NCBI RefSeq assembly: GCF_001194135.2
Contig: NC_068996.1
Coordinates: 46,485,694-46,529,885, forward strand
Direction of reading: 5' to 3'
Source: Octopus bimaculoides
Taxonomy: Eukaryota
DNA: 44,192 nucleotides
Made by a program: the position numbers and the translations under genes. Positions 23,065 to 34,008 of this stretch are shown piece by piece (position 1 is the first letter of the stretch; every line of letters starts with the position of its first letter). Below the pieces are notes generated by a model. That model was not told the origin of the DNA. It did not search any database and saw only the letters and a list, made by a program, of their open reading frames with translations.

Positions 23065-23720
23065 CTAGATTAATCTACAAAAAATTTAATTCAGTTTCTA
23101 AATGAACCTTATTTACCATTTACCAAAATCATAAACAGATGTGGAAAATGTTAGAACATTTTGGTGGTCCAACACCCTATCTCAGTATCAGCCTACTCAA
23201 TGACAAGTTGAAATGTCTAAGAAACCTCCCTAAACCCTCTATAGAGTATTCAAAAGCAGATAAGAGTTTCAATGTTAATTCCTAGCACCAGAAGTTGCGT
23301 ACACCACTAGAGAATACAATTTACAAAAAACAATGGACAGTAACATAAAATGAGGCTAAAAGAAGAAAAAAAAAACCTTATAAAAAAAATAAAATGCATA
23401 AACTCTATTTCCAATATACATCGTATAAAAGAATACCAATTCCTCCCTCTAAGTTTCATTTCTCATGATTGAAACCAAGAATTTTAAATTAAGAAACAAA
23501 ATAGGTTATCATAACCTATTTCATTGCAAAAATGTGCAACAAGTAAATTAAGAGAAACGTGTTTTTATCTGCTGGTTTTAAGAAAAGGGACATTACTCCT
23601 GTTCTTTGCAGTTACTATTAGATCTGAAATATCGATGGCGTTAATGTATTTCTAGAATTTGTTATTTCTTTAAGCTCCTGACAAAAAACTAAGAATATTA
23701 TTATATCCTCAAGTACTGTG

Positions 23721-23933
23721 ACTTGTTTCAGTCATTAGACTGCGGCCATGCTGGGGCACCACCTGGAAATTTTTTTTAGTTGGATGAAACGACTCCAGGA
23801 CTTATTATTTATTTATTTTTTAAAATTCTGGTACTTATTCTATTGGTCTGTGTTTTCTGAACCGCTAAGTTACGAGGACGTTAACACACCAACACCGGTT
23901 GTCAAGTGGTGGTGTGAGGAACAGAGACACAAC

Positions 23934-23981
<48 letters not shown>

Positions 23982-24140
23982 CATGATGGGTGTCTTTCAG
24001 TTTTTGTCTATCAAACCCACATACAAGGCTTTAGTTGGCCCAAGGTTGTAGTAGAAGCTACTTGCCTAAGATGCCGCTCAATGGGACTGAACCTGAAACC
24101 ATGTAGTTGGGAAGCAAGCTTCTTACCACATAGCATGCCT
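23721..24140 (-). mobile_element. Family B SINE, near full length
   Basis: Colinear with 36241-36669; internal (CA)n. Confidence 0.85.
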
Positions 24141-24288
24141 TTTTTCTCTCTTGTTACTGAGCCCTAGGACTCATAAGGTTGTTTACCTGATTTCCATGAC
24201 ATGTAAGTGACTGTAATCTTCAAGACATCTTGAACCTTGCAACATGCCAGCATCCCTTTGAATGGCACTCTGGTTTATTGCAGGGTTC

Positions 24289-24600
24289 ATCATCATCATC
24301 ATCATCATCATCGTTTAACGTCCTTTTTCAATGCTGGCATGGGTTGGACAGTTTGACTGGGGAATGGCAGGCCAAGAAGCCACACCAGGCTGCAATCTGA
24401 TCTGGCAATGTTTCTACAGTTGGATGCTCTTCCTAATGCCAACCACTCTGAAAGTGTAGTGAGTGCTTTTTACATGCTACCGGCACAGGAGCCAGTCAGG
24501 CGGCATTGGCATCGACCATGTTCGGATGGTCCTTTTTACGTGCCACAGGCACAGGAGCCAGTCGGGGCAGTGAAGTCGGGCTGGCATCAACCACATTCGG
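24289..24600 (-). mobile_element. Family A RTE-tail retroelement with modular 5' part
   Basis: (CAT)n tail; two ggcacaggagccagtc modules. Confidence 0.8.
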
Positions 24601-24621
24601 ATAGTTTGAGGTGGGGCAACA

Positions 24622-24718
24622 AATCGATTACATTGACCCCAGTGTATGATTAACACTTTATTTTACTAATTTCGGAAGGATGAAAGGCAAAGCTGACGTG
24701 GATAGGATTTGAACTCAG
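24622..24718 (-). mobile_element. Family C tRNA-derived SINE fragment, runs into gap
   Basis: Reverse complement of the gagttcaaat...tttgcc.ttcatcct block at 32180-32270. Confidence 0.65.
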
Positions 24719-25218
24719 NNNNNNNNNNNNNNNNNNNNNNNNNNNNNNNNNNNNNNNNNNNNNNNNNNNNNNNNNNNNNNNNNNNNNNNNNNNNNNNNNN
24801 NNNNNNNNNNNNNNNNNNNNNNNNNNNNNNNNNNNNNNNNNNNNNNNNNNNNNNNNNNNNNNNNNNNNNNNNNNNNNNNNNNNNNNNNNNNNNNNNNNNN
24901 NNNNNNNNNNNNNNNNNNNNNNNNNNNNNNNNNNNNNNNNNNNNNNNNNNNNNNNNNNNNNNNNNNNNNNNNNNNNNNNNNNNNNNNNNNNNNNNNNNNN
25001 NNNNNNNNNNNNNNNNNNNNNNNNNNNNNNNNNNNNNNNNNNNNNNNNNNNNNNNNNNNNNNNNNNNNNNNNNNNNNNNNNNNNNNNNNNNNNNNNNNNN
25101 NNNNNNNNNNNNNNNNNNNNNNNNNNNNNNNNNNNNNNNNNNNNNNNNNNNNNNNNNNNNNNNNNNNNNNNNNNNNNNNNNNNNNNNNNNNNNNNNNNNN
25201 NNNNNNNNNNNNNNNNNN

Positions 25219-25219
<1 letters not shown>

Positions 25220-25249
<30 letters not shown>

Positions 25250-25463
25250 ATGTTTGTGTGTCTGTGTTTGTCCCCCAACATCACTTGACAACCAATGCTG
25301 GTGTGTTTACATCCCTGTAACTTAGCAGTTTGGCAAAAGAGACCGATAGAATAAGTACTAGGCTTACAAAGAATAAGTCCTGGGGTCGATTTGCTCGACT
25401 AAAGGCGGTGCTCCAGCATGGCTGCAGTCAAATGACTGAAACAAGTAAAAGAGTAAAGAGAGA
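25220..25463 (+). mobile_element. Family B SINE 3' half (the only plus-strand copy)
   Basis: Ends ...gactgaaacaagtaaaagagtaaagag; reverse complement of 36245-36460. Confidence 0.85.
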
Positions 25464-25744
25464 GCGATTAAAATTTTATTTTGGGTTCAAAATTTTTTTG
25501 TTTTCATTTTTCTATGTAGTTTCTCTGAAGCTCAACGTGAACTCTCTTCTGAATGATTTCAGTTAATGGTGGAAGTGAGAATTAGGAACTAGAGTTATAC
25601 TAAAGTCTGAGAGGCTGGGGATTGGGAAAGTGGAACTAGATACTGTAAGACACCCTTTTCTGTAGACAGAAAACTAGGGGAATATTCCACCCCATCCATC
25701 ACTGGAAAAGTACAATGGTTATTTACAACCATCATGGGATGTCA

Positions 25745-26950
25745 AGACAAGAATAGAAATAATTACAGAGGTATCAAATTGTTGGATCAGGTGATGAAAA
25801 TTGCAGAGAGAGTCATAGCCCAACTAATCAGGGAGAGAGTTAATCTAGATGAAATGCAGTTTGGGTTTGTGTCAGGTAGAAGCACCACTGATGCTATATT
25901 TCTGGTAAGGCAACTGTAGGAGAAATGCATAGCCATAGATAAACTTCTGTATTTGGCTTTTGTTGACTTGGAGAAAGCCTTTGACAGGGTTCCCTGATCC
26001 CTTACCTGGTGGTCAATGTGGAAACTAGGGATAGACGAGTGGTTGGTAAGAGCTGTACAAGCCTTGTACAGGGACGCTATCAGTAGGGTGAGGGTGGGTA
26101 ACAAGTACAGTGAAGAATTCAGGGTACAAGGAGGGGTTCACCAAGGATTGGTGCTCAGCCCCCTTTTGCTCATCATAGTCCTCCAGGCAATAACAGAGGA
26201 ATTCAAGACAGGCTGCCCTTATAGCTGAACCACTACCTGAGCTATAGAAGAAGTTCCAGGTATGGAAGTAAGATCTAGAATCAAAGGGCCTTAGAGTCAA
26301 CCTAGCAAAAACCAAAGTCATAATAAGTAGGAAGACAGACAAGTCACAAATGCCCTCAGGTAGATGGCTCTGCTCAGTCTGTAGAAAAGGTGTAGGTAGA
26401 AACTCCAAAAGATGCTCTCAGTATAAGCTATGGACACATAAGAGGTGCAGCAACATCAAAGGACAGTTAACAGAAACTATCTTTTGTATGTGGAAGGTGC
26501 ACAGGCATAATAAATGCTGAACATGTGTGGAAAATAGACTCCATCAACAGCCAGTGGGGAAGCTTAGAGGTAGGCAATATTTTCCAGTATCTAGTCGATC
26601 AGGTTAGTAATGGAGGTGGATGTTCCATGAGCGTAGCTGTGAGAATAAGATTAGGTTGGGCAAAGTTCAGAGAGCTCCTATCCCTGCTGGCTACAAAGGC
26701 CTCTCTATCAGAGTGAAAGGCAGATTGTTTGATGCCTGTGTGTGAACAGCAATGCTGCATGGCAGTAAAACATGGGCTATAACAGCCGAGGATATGTGTA
26801 GGAAGACATGGGATGAGGTTGTGAAGCATGATCCTCGAACTTTGAGCCTCACAGAGGCAATGATTGGTGGTCGAGACCTTTGGCAATATGCTCTGCTTGA
26901 GAGGACCCATAAAGCCAAGTGCACCTGTGCTGGTGGTACATAAGAAAAAA
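25745..26950 (+). mobile_element. 5'-truncated RTE-clade LINE (RT and C-terminus), decayed; YADD segment deleted
   Basis: NNYRGIKLLDQVMK...QFGFVSGRSTTDAIF...GVHQGLVLSPLL...GCP|IAE (WELLYADD missing at about 26218)...LRVNLAKTKV...FQYLVDQ...TWDEVVKHD...DLWQYALLERT. Confidence 0.92.
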
Positions 26951-26955
26951 ATAGC

Positions 26956-27288
26956 TTTGAACATTGGGCCTCACAAAGGCAAAGTGGCTAAGTTCCTTTT
27001 GAGCGTTGGGCCTCATGGAGGCATAGTGACTGAGTTCCATTTGAGTGTTGGGCTTGGGCTTCATGGAGGCAAAGTGGCTGAGTTCCTTTTGAATGTTGGG
27101 CCTGGGCCTCACGGAGGCAAAGTGGCTGAGTTCTTTTTGAGTGTTGGGCCTCATGGACAGAAAGTGACTGAGTTTCTTTTGAGTGTTTGGCCTCACGGAT
27201 GTAAAGTGGCTGAGTTCCTTTCATGCGTTGGGCCTCATGGGGGCAAAGTGGCTGAGTTCCTTTTGAGCGTTGGGCCTGATGGGGGCAA
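26956..27288 (+). repeat. Tandem array of 42-bp units (7 full and 1 partial; two units are 48 bp)
   Basis: Consensus TTTGAGYGTTGGGCCTCAYGGAGGCAAAGTGGCTGAGTTCCT; units start at 26956, 26998, 27040, 27088, 27136, 27178, 27220, 27262. Confidence 0.95.
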
Positions 27289-27526
27289 CAACCAAGACCT
27301 TTGGCATTATGTTGTGCTTGAGAAGAAGATCCATCAAGCCGAGCAAAATTGCAGTTGTAACAGATACCAGTGTCATGCACCCACTACATTCTTGGGGAAT
27401 TGGTGTTAGGAAAGATATCCAGCCGCAGAAAACCATGCCAAATCAGACTGGAGTCTGGCACAGCCTTCCAACATGCCAGTTCAGTCAAACCGTCCAATCC
27501 ATGCCAGCATGGACAACAGACATTAA

Positions 27527-27557
<31 letters not shown>
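27289..27557 (+). mobile_element. Second RTE-type 3' end with (GAT)n tail (family A type)
   Basis: gacctttggcattatgttgtgcttgaga repeats 26876-26903; ends catggacaacagacattaaa(tga)n. Confidence 0.85.
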
Positions 27558-27915
27558 CAAACATATACATGTGCAATGTATGTGTGTGTGTGCATGTGTG
27601 GGTGTGTGTGTGTGTGCACGCATGTGTGTTTGTCTCTTGGCTTTGTGTGAGGGCTGTAAATGAGCATTCTTTATTTCTGGTCTTTCCCACAAGTCATGCT
27701 TGACTGACTTCAGAAAATATTACTCAACTTAGAAATAGGTAAGGGTTAGTAACAGGAAGGGCATCCAGTTGTAGAAAATCTGTCAAAATGAATTCCGTGT
27801 GACCTAAGCAAGCATCTAACAAAAAAAGGAACTTGAAACAATGATGGATTTTATCTAAGATTCTAATGGTTTCTGTCCATCCACTGCTTTAGTTTCAATT
27901 CATCTTGAACCTTAA

Positions 27916-28126
27916 CCCTTTAGCTTTCAGATTACCCAGTCAAATGTAATGCTCATTTACTGAATTAATTGGTCATTATCTTACATCTTTCAGATCTTAC
28001 TGACACAATTCTTTATTTATAGAATGACATTGCAGGATTGGTATGAGAGGCCAGATCTTGCTGGTTTGAACATAAAACCAACAGAATATTTTGGGCTGAT
28101 ATATGATCAGTTCATATGCTAAAGGG
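27916..28126. mobile_element. Intact piggyBac-type MITE
   Basis: TTAA|CCCTTTAGC ... GCTAAAGGG|TTAA (TSDs 27912-27915 and 28127-28130). Confidence 0.9.
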
Positions 28127-28278
28127 TTAAGAGTTAGCCCTTTTATCCTTTTTGAATGTTGGGCCTCATGGATGTAAGGTGGCTGAGTTCCTTTCGAGCA
28201 TTATATAATTAGGAGTAGCCATGTATCTCCTCTGTAGCAAGACAATTATACTTATCCCTCTATCATACTTTCCACCCA

Positions 28279-28667
28279 GTGGAGGCACAATGGCTCGGTT
28301 GTTAGGGCAGCGGACTCGCAGTTATAGAATCGCGGTTTCGATTCCCAGACCAGGCATTGTGAGTGTTTATTGAGCGAAAACACCTAAAGCTCCACGAGGC
28401 TCCGGCAGGGGATGGTGGCGAACCCTGCTGTACTCATTCACCACAACTTTCTCTCACTCTTTCTTCCTGTTTCTGTTGTACCTGTATTTCAAAGGGCCAG
28501 CCTTGTCACACTGTGTCACGCTGAATATCCCCGAGAACTACGTTAAGGGTACACGTGTCTGTGGAGTGCTCAGCCACTTGCACATTAATTTCACGAGCAG
28601 GCTGTTCTGTTGATCGGATCTTCTGGAACCCTCGACGTCGTAAGCAACGGAGTGCCAACAACAACAA
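28279..28667 (+). mobile_element. Full-length tRNA-derived SINE (family E) with (CAA)n tail
   Basis: A-box-like tggctcggttg, B-box ggtttcgattccc, caacaacaa tail, perfect 12-bp TSD ACTTTCCACCCA (28267-28278, 28668-28679). Confidence 0.92.
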
Positions 28668-28792
28668 ACTTTCCACCCACTTTCAAGTACCACACCCCAC
28701 TTAGAAGGAGCCTTTTCCTTTTCTGTTTTTATTTTTTCTGTCCTGCCAAGTTACTCGGCAACCCCATGAATTAACATCAAAATAAAAAAAAA

Positions 28793-29215
28793 AGCACCCA
28801 GTGCACACTATAATGTTGTTGGCATTAGAATGCCCTTCTTGGATTGGCATGGTTTCTACGGCTTAGAAACCATACCAAAGCTGACACTGGAATTTGGTAG
28901 AGCCCTGCAGCTTGTTGGATCCTGTCAAACCAACTAACCCATTGCAACATGAAAAACAGACATCATCATCATCATCATCATCACAATCATCATCATCAGC
29001 AACAGCAGCATCGTTTAATGTTTGTTTTACATGCTGGCATTGGTTGGATGGTTTGACAAGAGCTGTCCAGCCTAGGAGCTGTCCAGACTCAAGTTGTCCA
29101 GACTCAAGTTGTCCAGACTCAAGTTCTCTGTTTTGGTATGGTTTCTATGGCTGGATGCCCTTCCTAATGCCAACCAATTTTACAGGGTGTACTGAGTGCT
29201 TTACACATGTCACCT
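28793..29215. mobile_element. Tail-to-tail pair of family A elements (+ 28793-28962, - 28963-29215)
   Basis: They meet at a (CAT)n tract. The minus copy carries a 15-bp unit TGTCCAGACTCAAGT x3 (29080-29124). Confidence 0.8.
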
Positions 29216-29340
29216 GAATGGGTGTAGCTATGCAGCACAGCATGAGTGCATTTTGCAGTTCCGGCAGAACTGCATTCTGTGTGGCCCTGGTACGAGTGCA
29301 TTTTAATGATGATGAATTCCAAGTGAACAAATTGCCCCTT

Positions 29341-30029
29341 GTACTTATTTTTAAGCATCAGGCTCTTTTGTCAGACTGTTAAGTTATGGGTAAGCAAAAC
29401 AACACATGTTGTCAGTGGTGGTGAAAAAGCATAAAAAAACAAAGATACACACATGCACATGTACATCTGTGTGCATGCACACACACACACACATGTACAC
29501 AAACACACACATACACACACACACACAAATACACACATATAAACAAAAACACATACATAAAACGCATACATACATACACATACACGAACACACAAGCACA
29601 CATACACACATACACGCTCTCTCACACACAAACACACACATACGCAACACACATACACACCCAAATATACACACATATACAAACACACACACAAACACAT
29701 ACACACACAAACACACACACACAAATGCATACACAGAAACACATACATGCAAACACACACACATGAACACACAGAAACACATGCACGCATACACACACAC
29801 TTACACAAACACATACACACACATACACAAACACACACAATCACACGCACACACACACACACAACACACAAACACACACATACACATAAGATGGGTTTCT
29901 TCCAGTCTCCGGCTAGCAAATTCACTCACAAGGCAGAAGTCAATTGGTCAGCCCGAGGCTTTAGTTGAAAACACTTGCCCAAGGTGCCATACTGTGGGAC
30001 CGAACCTGAAATCACATGGTTGAAAAGTG

Positions 30030-30030
<1 letters not shown>
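29341..30030 (-). mobile_element. Family B SINE with an expanded ~440-bp degenerate (CA)n interior (about 29446-29886)
   Basis: Family B tail-side sequence at 29341-29430 and head at 29890-30030 bracket the CA-rich tract. Confidence 0.8.

Positions 30031-30097
<67 letters not shown>
30031..30097. repeat. (CA)n microsatellite
   Basis: Perfect dinucleotide run. Confidence 0.95.
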
Positions 30098-30099
<2 letters not shown>

Positions 30100-30825
30100 C
30101 CTGTGCCTATTTTTCAAAATACTGCTCTGAATTAAACCTTTAAAACCAATGTACTTGATGTCACCCATACTAAATTACTCATGTTTGAATTAAAATCTTT
30201 ATAAAAAAAACCTCATATCAGAAATGCTACCATAATATTTTATTCAGTTGATGCCTATGTAATCTTTACCAACGTATCAAGTTACAGATATTTTATTAAA
30301 TTTATTAAACCCCTTCAAAATCTTGATTAGCGTAGTAATAAATAAAAAACAAACAAACAAATGCCCCTTGGGCTATCCATTCATCAGATATGTAATCACT
30401 AAAATGACTGAACTTTTTTTTAATTAAGCTTTAAACAAAATAATATAAGGATAAAGCTTTTTTTCTCAGACGTAGAACATCTGGTCTGCGATATCAATGA
30501 AAATCTAAAATCTTGAGTTATTAGCTTTATCTACCAAACCAAAGCACCATAAAGAAGCAGATGTAAGAAGAAATACACTCTCAGACTAAATACATTGTCG
30601 TTATTGCTTTAATGTCCACTTTTCCATGTTTGTATAGGTTACAATGGAACTCACTGAGATAGGTTTTCTAATGTTGGATGCTCTTCCTGTTGTATCTCTG
30701 AAACAATACGAAAGCACAAAATAAATAATTATTCAAAATTCTGATTACCTCTTTTTTCCTGTCTGTCGGTCTGTCTCTCTCTCTCCATCTGTCTATCTGT
30801 CTATCTATCTATCTATCTATCTATC

Positions 30826-31000
30826 ACTCATTTCAGTCATTTGACTGTGGCCACGCTGGAGCACCACCTTTAGTCAAGCCTAGTACTTATTCTATCACTC
30901 TCTTTTGATGAACCTTTATGTTACAGGCACATAAACGCACAAGAATTGGTTGTCAAGCAATGTTGGTTGGACAAACACACACACACACACACACACACGT
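30826..31000 (-). mobile_element. Family B SINE 3' half
   Basis: catttcagtcatttgactgtggccacgctggagcaccacctttagtc... Confidence 0.75.
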
Positions 31001-31469
31001 ATATATATACTAGCTTAAAAGCCACCTTGTCAGGCAGCTTTTAATCTAGTTCCTGTGGGGTGTTCTTTATTGGGCCTTGGGCCCAACAATGACACTTCAT
31101 GCATTGAGTACATATCAAATTTTATTAAACTTGACCAATATTTTTCAAGCAATGAACAATTTTCTTCAAATCAATGATATAATTTGTCAACTTGGAACTT
31201 ATTGCAAAGCTGCATGATAAACAACAGTTTTTGTCTTCCCATTCAGGGGTCAGTACAATTTTTTTCCTATCTAACTTCTTTCTCTCTCTCTCTCTTTCTG
31301 TTGATTGTTTACAACCATCAACATCACAACCACCATTGCCACCATAAATGCCATACACACACCATTCAGACTTTTGACGCCACTACCATCAATACCTTTG
31401 ACTTTGCCGCTTTCCCCTCCACTACCAACACCACTGTCTTTTGCATCCCTTACTATCACCGTCATGCTT

Positions 31470-31620
31470 GACAGGCTTGTTTCAGTTTCCTTTTACTAAA
31501 TACACTCATAAGGCTTTGATTGGCCTGATGTTATTCTAGGAGATTCTTGCTCAAGGTGCCATGTAGTGGGACTGAACTTGAAACCACATCATTGGGATGT
31601 GAGCTTCTTTGCACAACAGC
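31470..31620 (-). mobile_element. Family B SINE head fragment
   Basis: caggcttgtttcagtttcc...gggactgaacttgaaaccac. Confidence 0.7.
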
Positions 31621-31744
31621 CTTTTACAAACAGAGTTTAGATCTTGCTGAGGTCAACTCTGCCATTCATCTCTCAGGGTATTAATAAAAAATACATGATT
31701 AAATTATAATAGAACCAATTTTATATTGTACTGACATGTGATTT

Positions 31745-31975
31745 GATGGTTAAGGATGTCATACTGATAATCTCAAGATTGTGTTTTGAATTCCTGGACT
31801 GGGTGATGCATTGTTCTTGAGAAAAGCTTTTCATTTCACACTGCTCCAGTACACACAGGTAGCAAAAATGATTAACCCTCCCACAATATACCCATGTTCC
31901 TTTCAGGAGGGAAATATATACACACCACAGAATCTGGGAAACCAGAACGTAATATAATTGGGCACAAGATCAGCG
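31745..31975 (+). mobile_element. Family D SINE, diverged
   Basis: Colinear with 32505-32710 (ttcctgga..gggtgatg, ttcatttcaca.tgctcc, gcaaaaatga, ctgggaaaccag). Confidence 0.65.
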
Positions 31976-32119
31976 ATTTTAGGAGGAAGGAATCAGTTGA
32001 TCTCATCGAACCCAAGTATTTAACTGGTATCATATTTTATCGATCTTTGAGGGATGAAATCAAATTTTACTTAGGCAATATTTGAACACTATTACTTAGG
32101 CAATATTTGAAACCAGCTC

Positions 32120-32330
32120 ATAGCACAAGAAAGATTTTTAAGCGAAATGCTTAATGGTATTTCGTCTGCAGCTACATTTTGAGTTCAAATTTCACTGAGG
32201 TCGACTTTGCCCTTCATCCTTTTGGGGTCAATGAATTAAGTACCAGTGAGACACTGGGGTCAGTGTAATCGACTAGTCCCCTCCTCACAAATTTCAGGCC
32301 TTGTGCCTTTAGAGAAAGGATTATCATAAA
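32120..32330 (+). mobile_element. Family C tRNA-derived SINE
   Basis: cgaaatgcttaatggtatttcgtc...gagttcaaattt (B-box-like)...ctggggtcagtgtaatcgact. Confidence 0.7.
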
Positions 32331-32429
32331 GCATTCTACTTGTGAAAGGAATTAGAAACAGAAAACTTACAATACTTTAATTACAATAATCCTTAATATG
32401 GTAGTGATGTTAGAACAATTATCTTATAT

Positions 32430-33050
32430 TTTACTTGTTTCAGTCAATTGACTGTGGCCCATGCTGGAGCACCACTAGAAGGATTTAGTTGAAGCAAGTG
32501 ACTGCAGTATGTTGGACTCATGGTTGTAAGATAGTGGTTTCAATTCCTGGAGCGGGTGATGTGTTATGTTCTTGAACAAGACACTTCATTTCACATTGCT
32601 CCGGTCCACTCAGCTGGCAAAAATGAGTCATCCTGTGACAGACCAGCGCCCCATCCAGGTGGGGAATTTATATGATAAGGAAACTGGGAAACCAGCCCTT
32701 ATAAGTGTACATAACTTGAGAAGGACCTTAATCCTTATTTTTACCTAATTGACCCCAGTACTTATTTTTAAGCTTCATATTCATTTTATTGGCTTCTTTT
32801 GCTGAACCGCTATGTTATGGGAGTGTAAACAAACCAACACTAGTTGTCAAGTGGTGGTGGGGGACAAACACAAGCATGAAGACATGCACACACATACAAT
32901 GGGCTTCTGTCAGTTTCCGTCTACCAAATCCACTCACAAGATTTTGGTTGGTCCAAAGCTATAGTAGAAGACGTATGCACAAGGTGCCATTCAGTGGGAT
33001 TGAACCTGGAGCAATGTAGTCAAGAAGCAAACTTTTTACCACTCACCCAC
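32430..33050 (-). mobile_element. Family B SINE with a nested plus-strand family D SINE (about 32505-32745)
   Basis: Family B sequence stops at about 32500 and resumes at about 32750 (gaccccagtacttat). The insert has ggtttcaattcc (B box) and cctgtgacagaccagcgccccatccagg. Confidence 0.75.
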
Positions 33051-33215
33051 ACCTGCATCTTGTTAGTAGAAAGACCTCAAATTTCTGAGTTCAAAATGTA
33101 CCTTTCCTCTCTGATAATTTCTCATGGTACTCCCATATATTTGAATTTTTTTTTTTACCGTACTTTTGCTGAACAGCACTGGTTTTGCTTCAATCAATTT
33201 TGAAAGTAATGAAGA

Positions 33216-33487
33216 ATCATCATCATCATCATCGTTTAACGTCCGCTTTCCATGCTAGCATGGGTTGGACGATTTGACTGAGGACTGGTGAACCAGATGG
33301 CTGAACTAGTCTCTAATTTGATCTGGCAGAATTTCTACAGCAGGATGCCCTTCCTAACACCAACCACTCCGAGAGTGTAGTGGGTGCTTTTTACGTGCCG
33401 CCGACATGAGGGCCAGCCAGGCGGTACTGGCAACGGCCACGCTCAAATGGTGTTTTTTACATTTTTACATGTCACCTGCACAGGAGT
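33216..33487 (-). mobile_element. Family A RTE-tail retroelement
   Basis: Near-consensus, with modular 5' part. Confidence 0.88.
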
Positions 33488-33856
33488 CATCATTGTTAAG
33501 CTGGTGTTTGGAACATAAATTAACATGAAATTTTGACTCTAATCTAGATCCCTTTAAAGCCAAAGCTTGTAGCATAGAATCAGGGTCAGTCTTGGGCAGA
33601 TTTTGGTATCAAAACAGTTGAATGGCATTCAACTTGTATTATAATTAGGATGAGCTGTACCTACCTCACTTTCTTGCTACAGATATTGTGGATCAGTGAC
33701 ATGTTACATAGAGAATAACAAACATCAGAAGAACAAAAAAAAAACTCAATATTATATGAAAGACATTGTTAGATTTCAAAAAGAAGACATTTTGTTTTCT
33801 GTTACAAGATCGGAAGCTATTACATGTTATTTTGTGAAAACCTTTCATAATTCTTG

Positions 33857-34008
33857 CTCCTCCTCCTCCTCCTCCTCCTCCTCCTCCTNNNNNNNNNNNN
33901 NNNNNNNNNNNNNNNNNNNNNNNNNNNNNNNNNNNNNNNNNNNNNNNNNNNNNNNNNNNNNNNNNNNNNNNNNATCCCCCTCCTCCTCCCCTCCTCCTCC
34001 TCCTCCTG
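33857..34008. repeat. (CCT)n microsatellite spanning an assembly gap
   Basis: Direct inspection; gap 33889-33973. Confidence 0.9.

Noticed and set aside
23140-23285. 48-codon frame after an AG (MWKMLEHFGGPTPY...)
   Set aside because: No convincing donor site or homology; indistinguishable from chance.
26956-27288. CRISPR-like regular repeat
   Set aside because: The units are head-to-tail with no unique spacers, there are no cas genes, and the context is eukaryotic.
28279-28355. tRNA gene
   Set aside because: It has A/B boxes but continues into a 390-bp body with a tail and TSD, so it is a SINE head. Family B, C and D heads were rejected as tRNAs for the same reason.
29371-30023. His/Thr-rich 205-aa and Cys/Val-rich ORFs
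   Set aside because: Translations of a CA/TG microsatellite inside a SINE; such tracts lack stops in most frames.
32068-32110. 19-bp direct repeat tacttaggcaatatttgaa x2
   Set aside because: Small local duplication at the edge of a SINE fragment, with no wider pattern.
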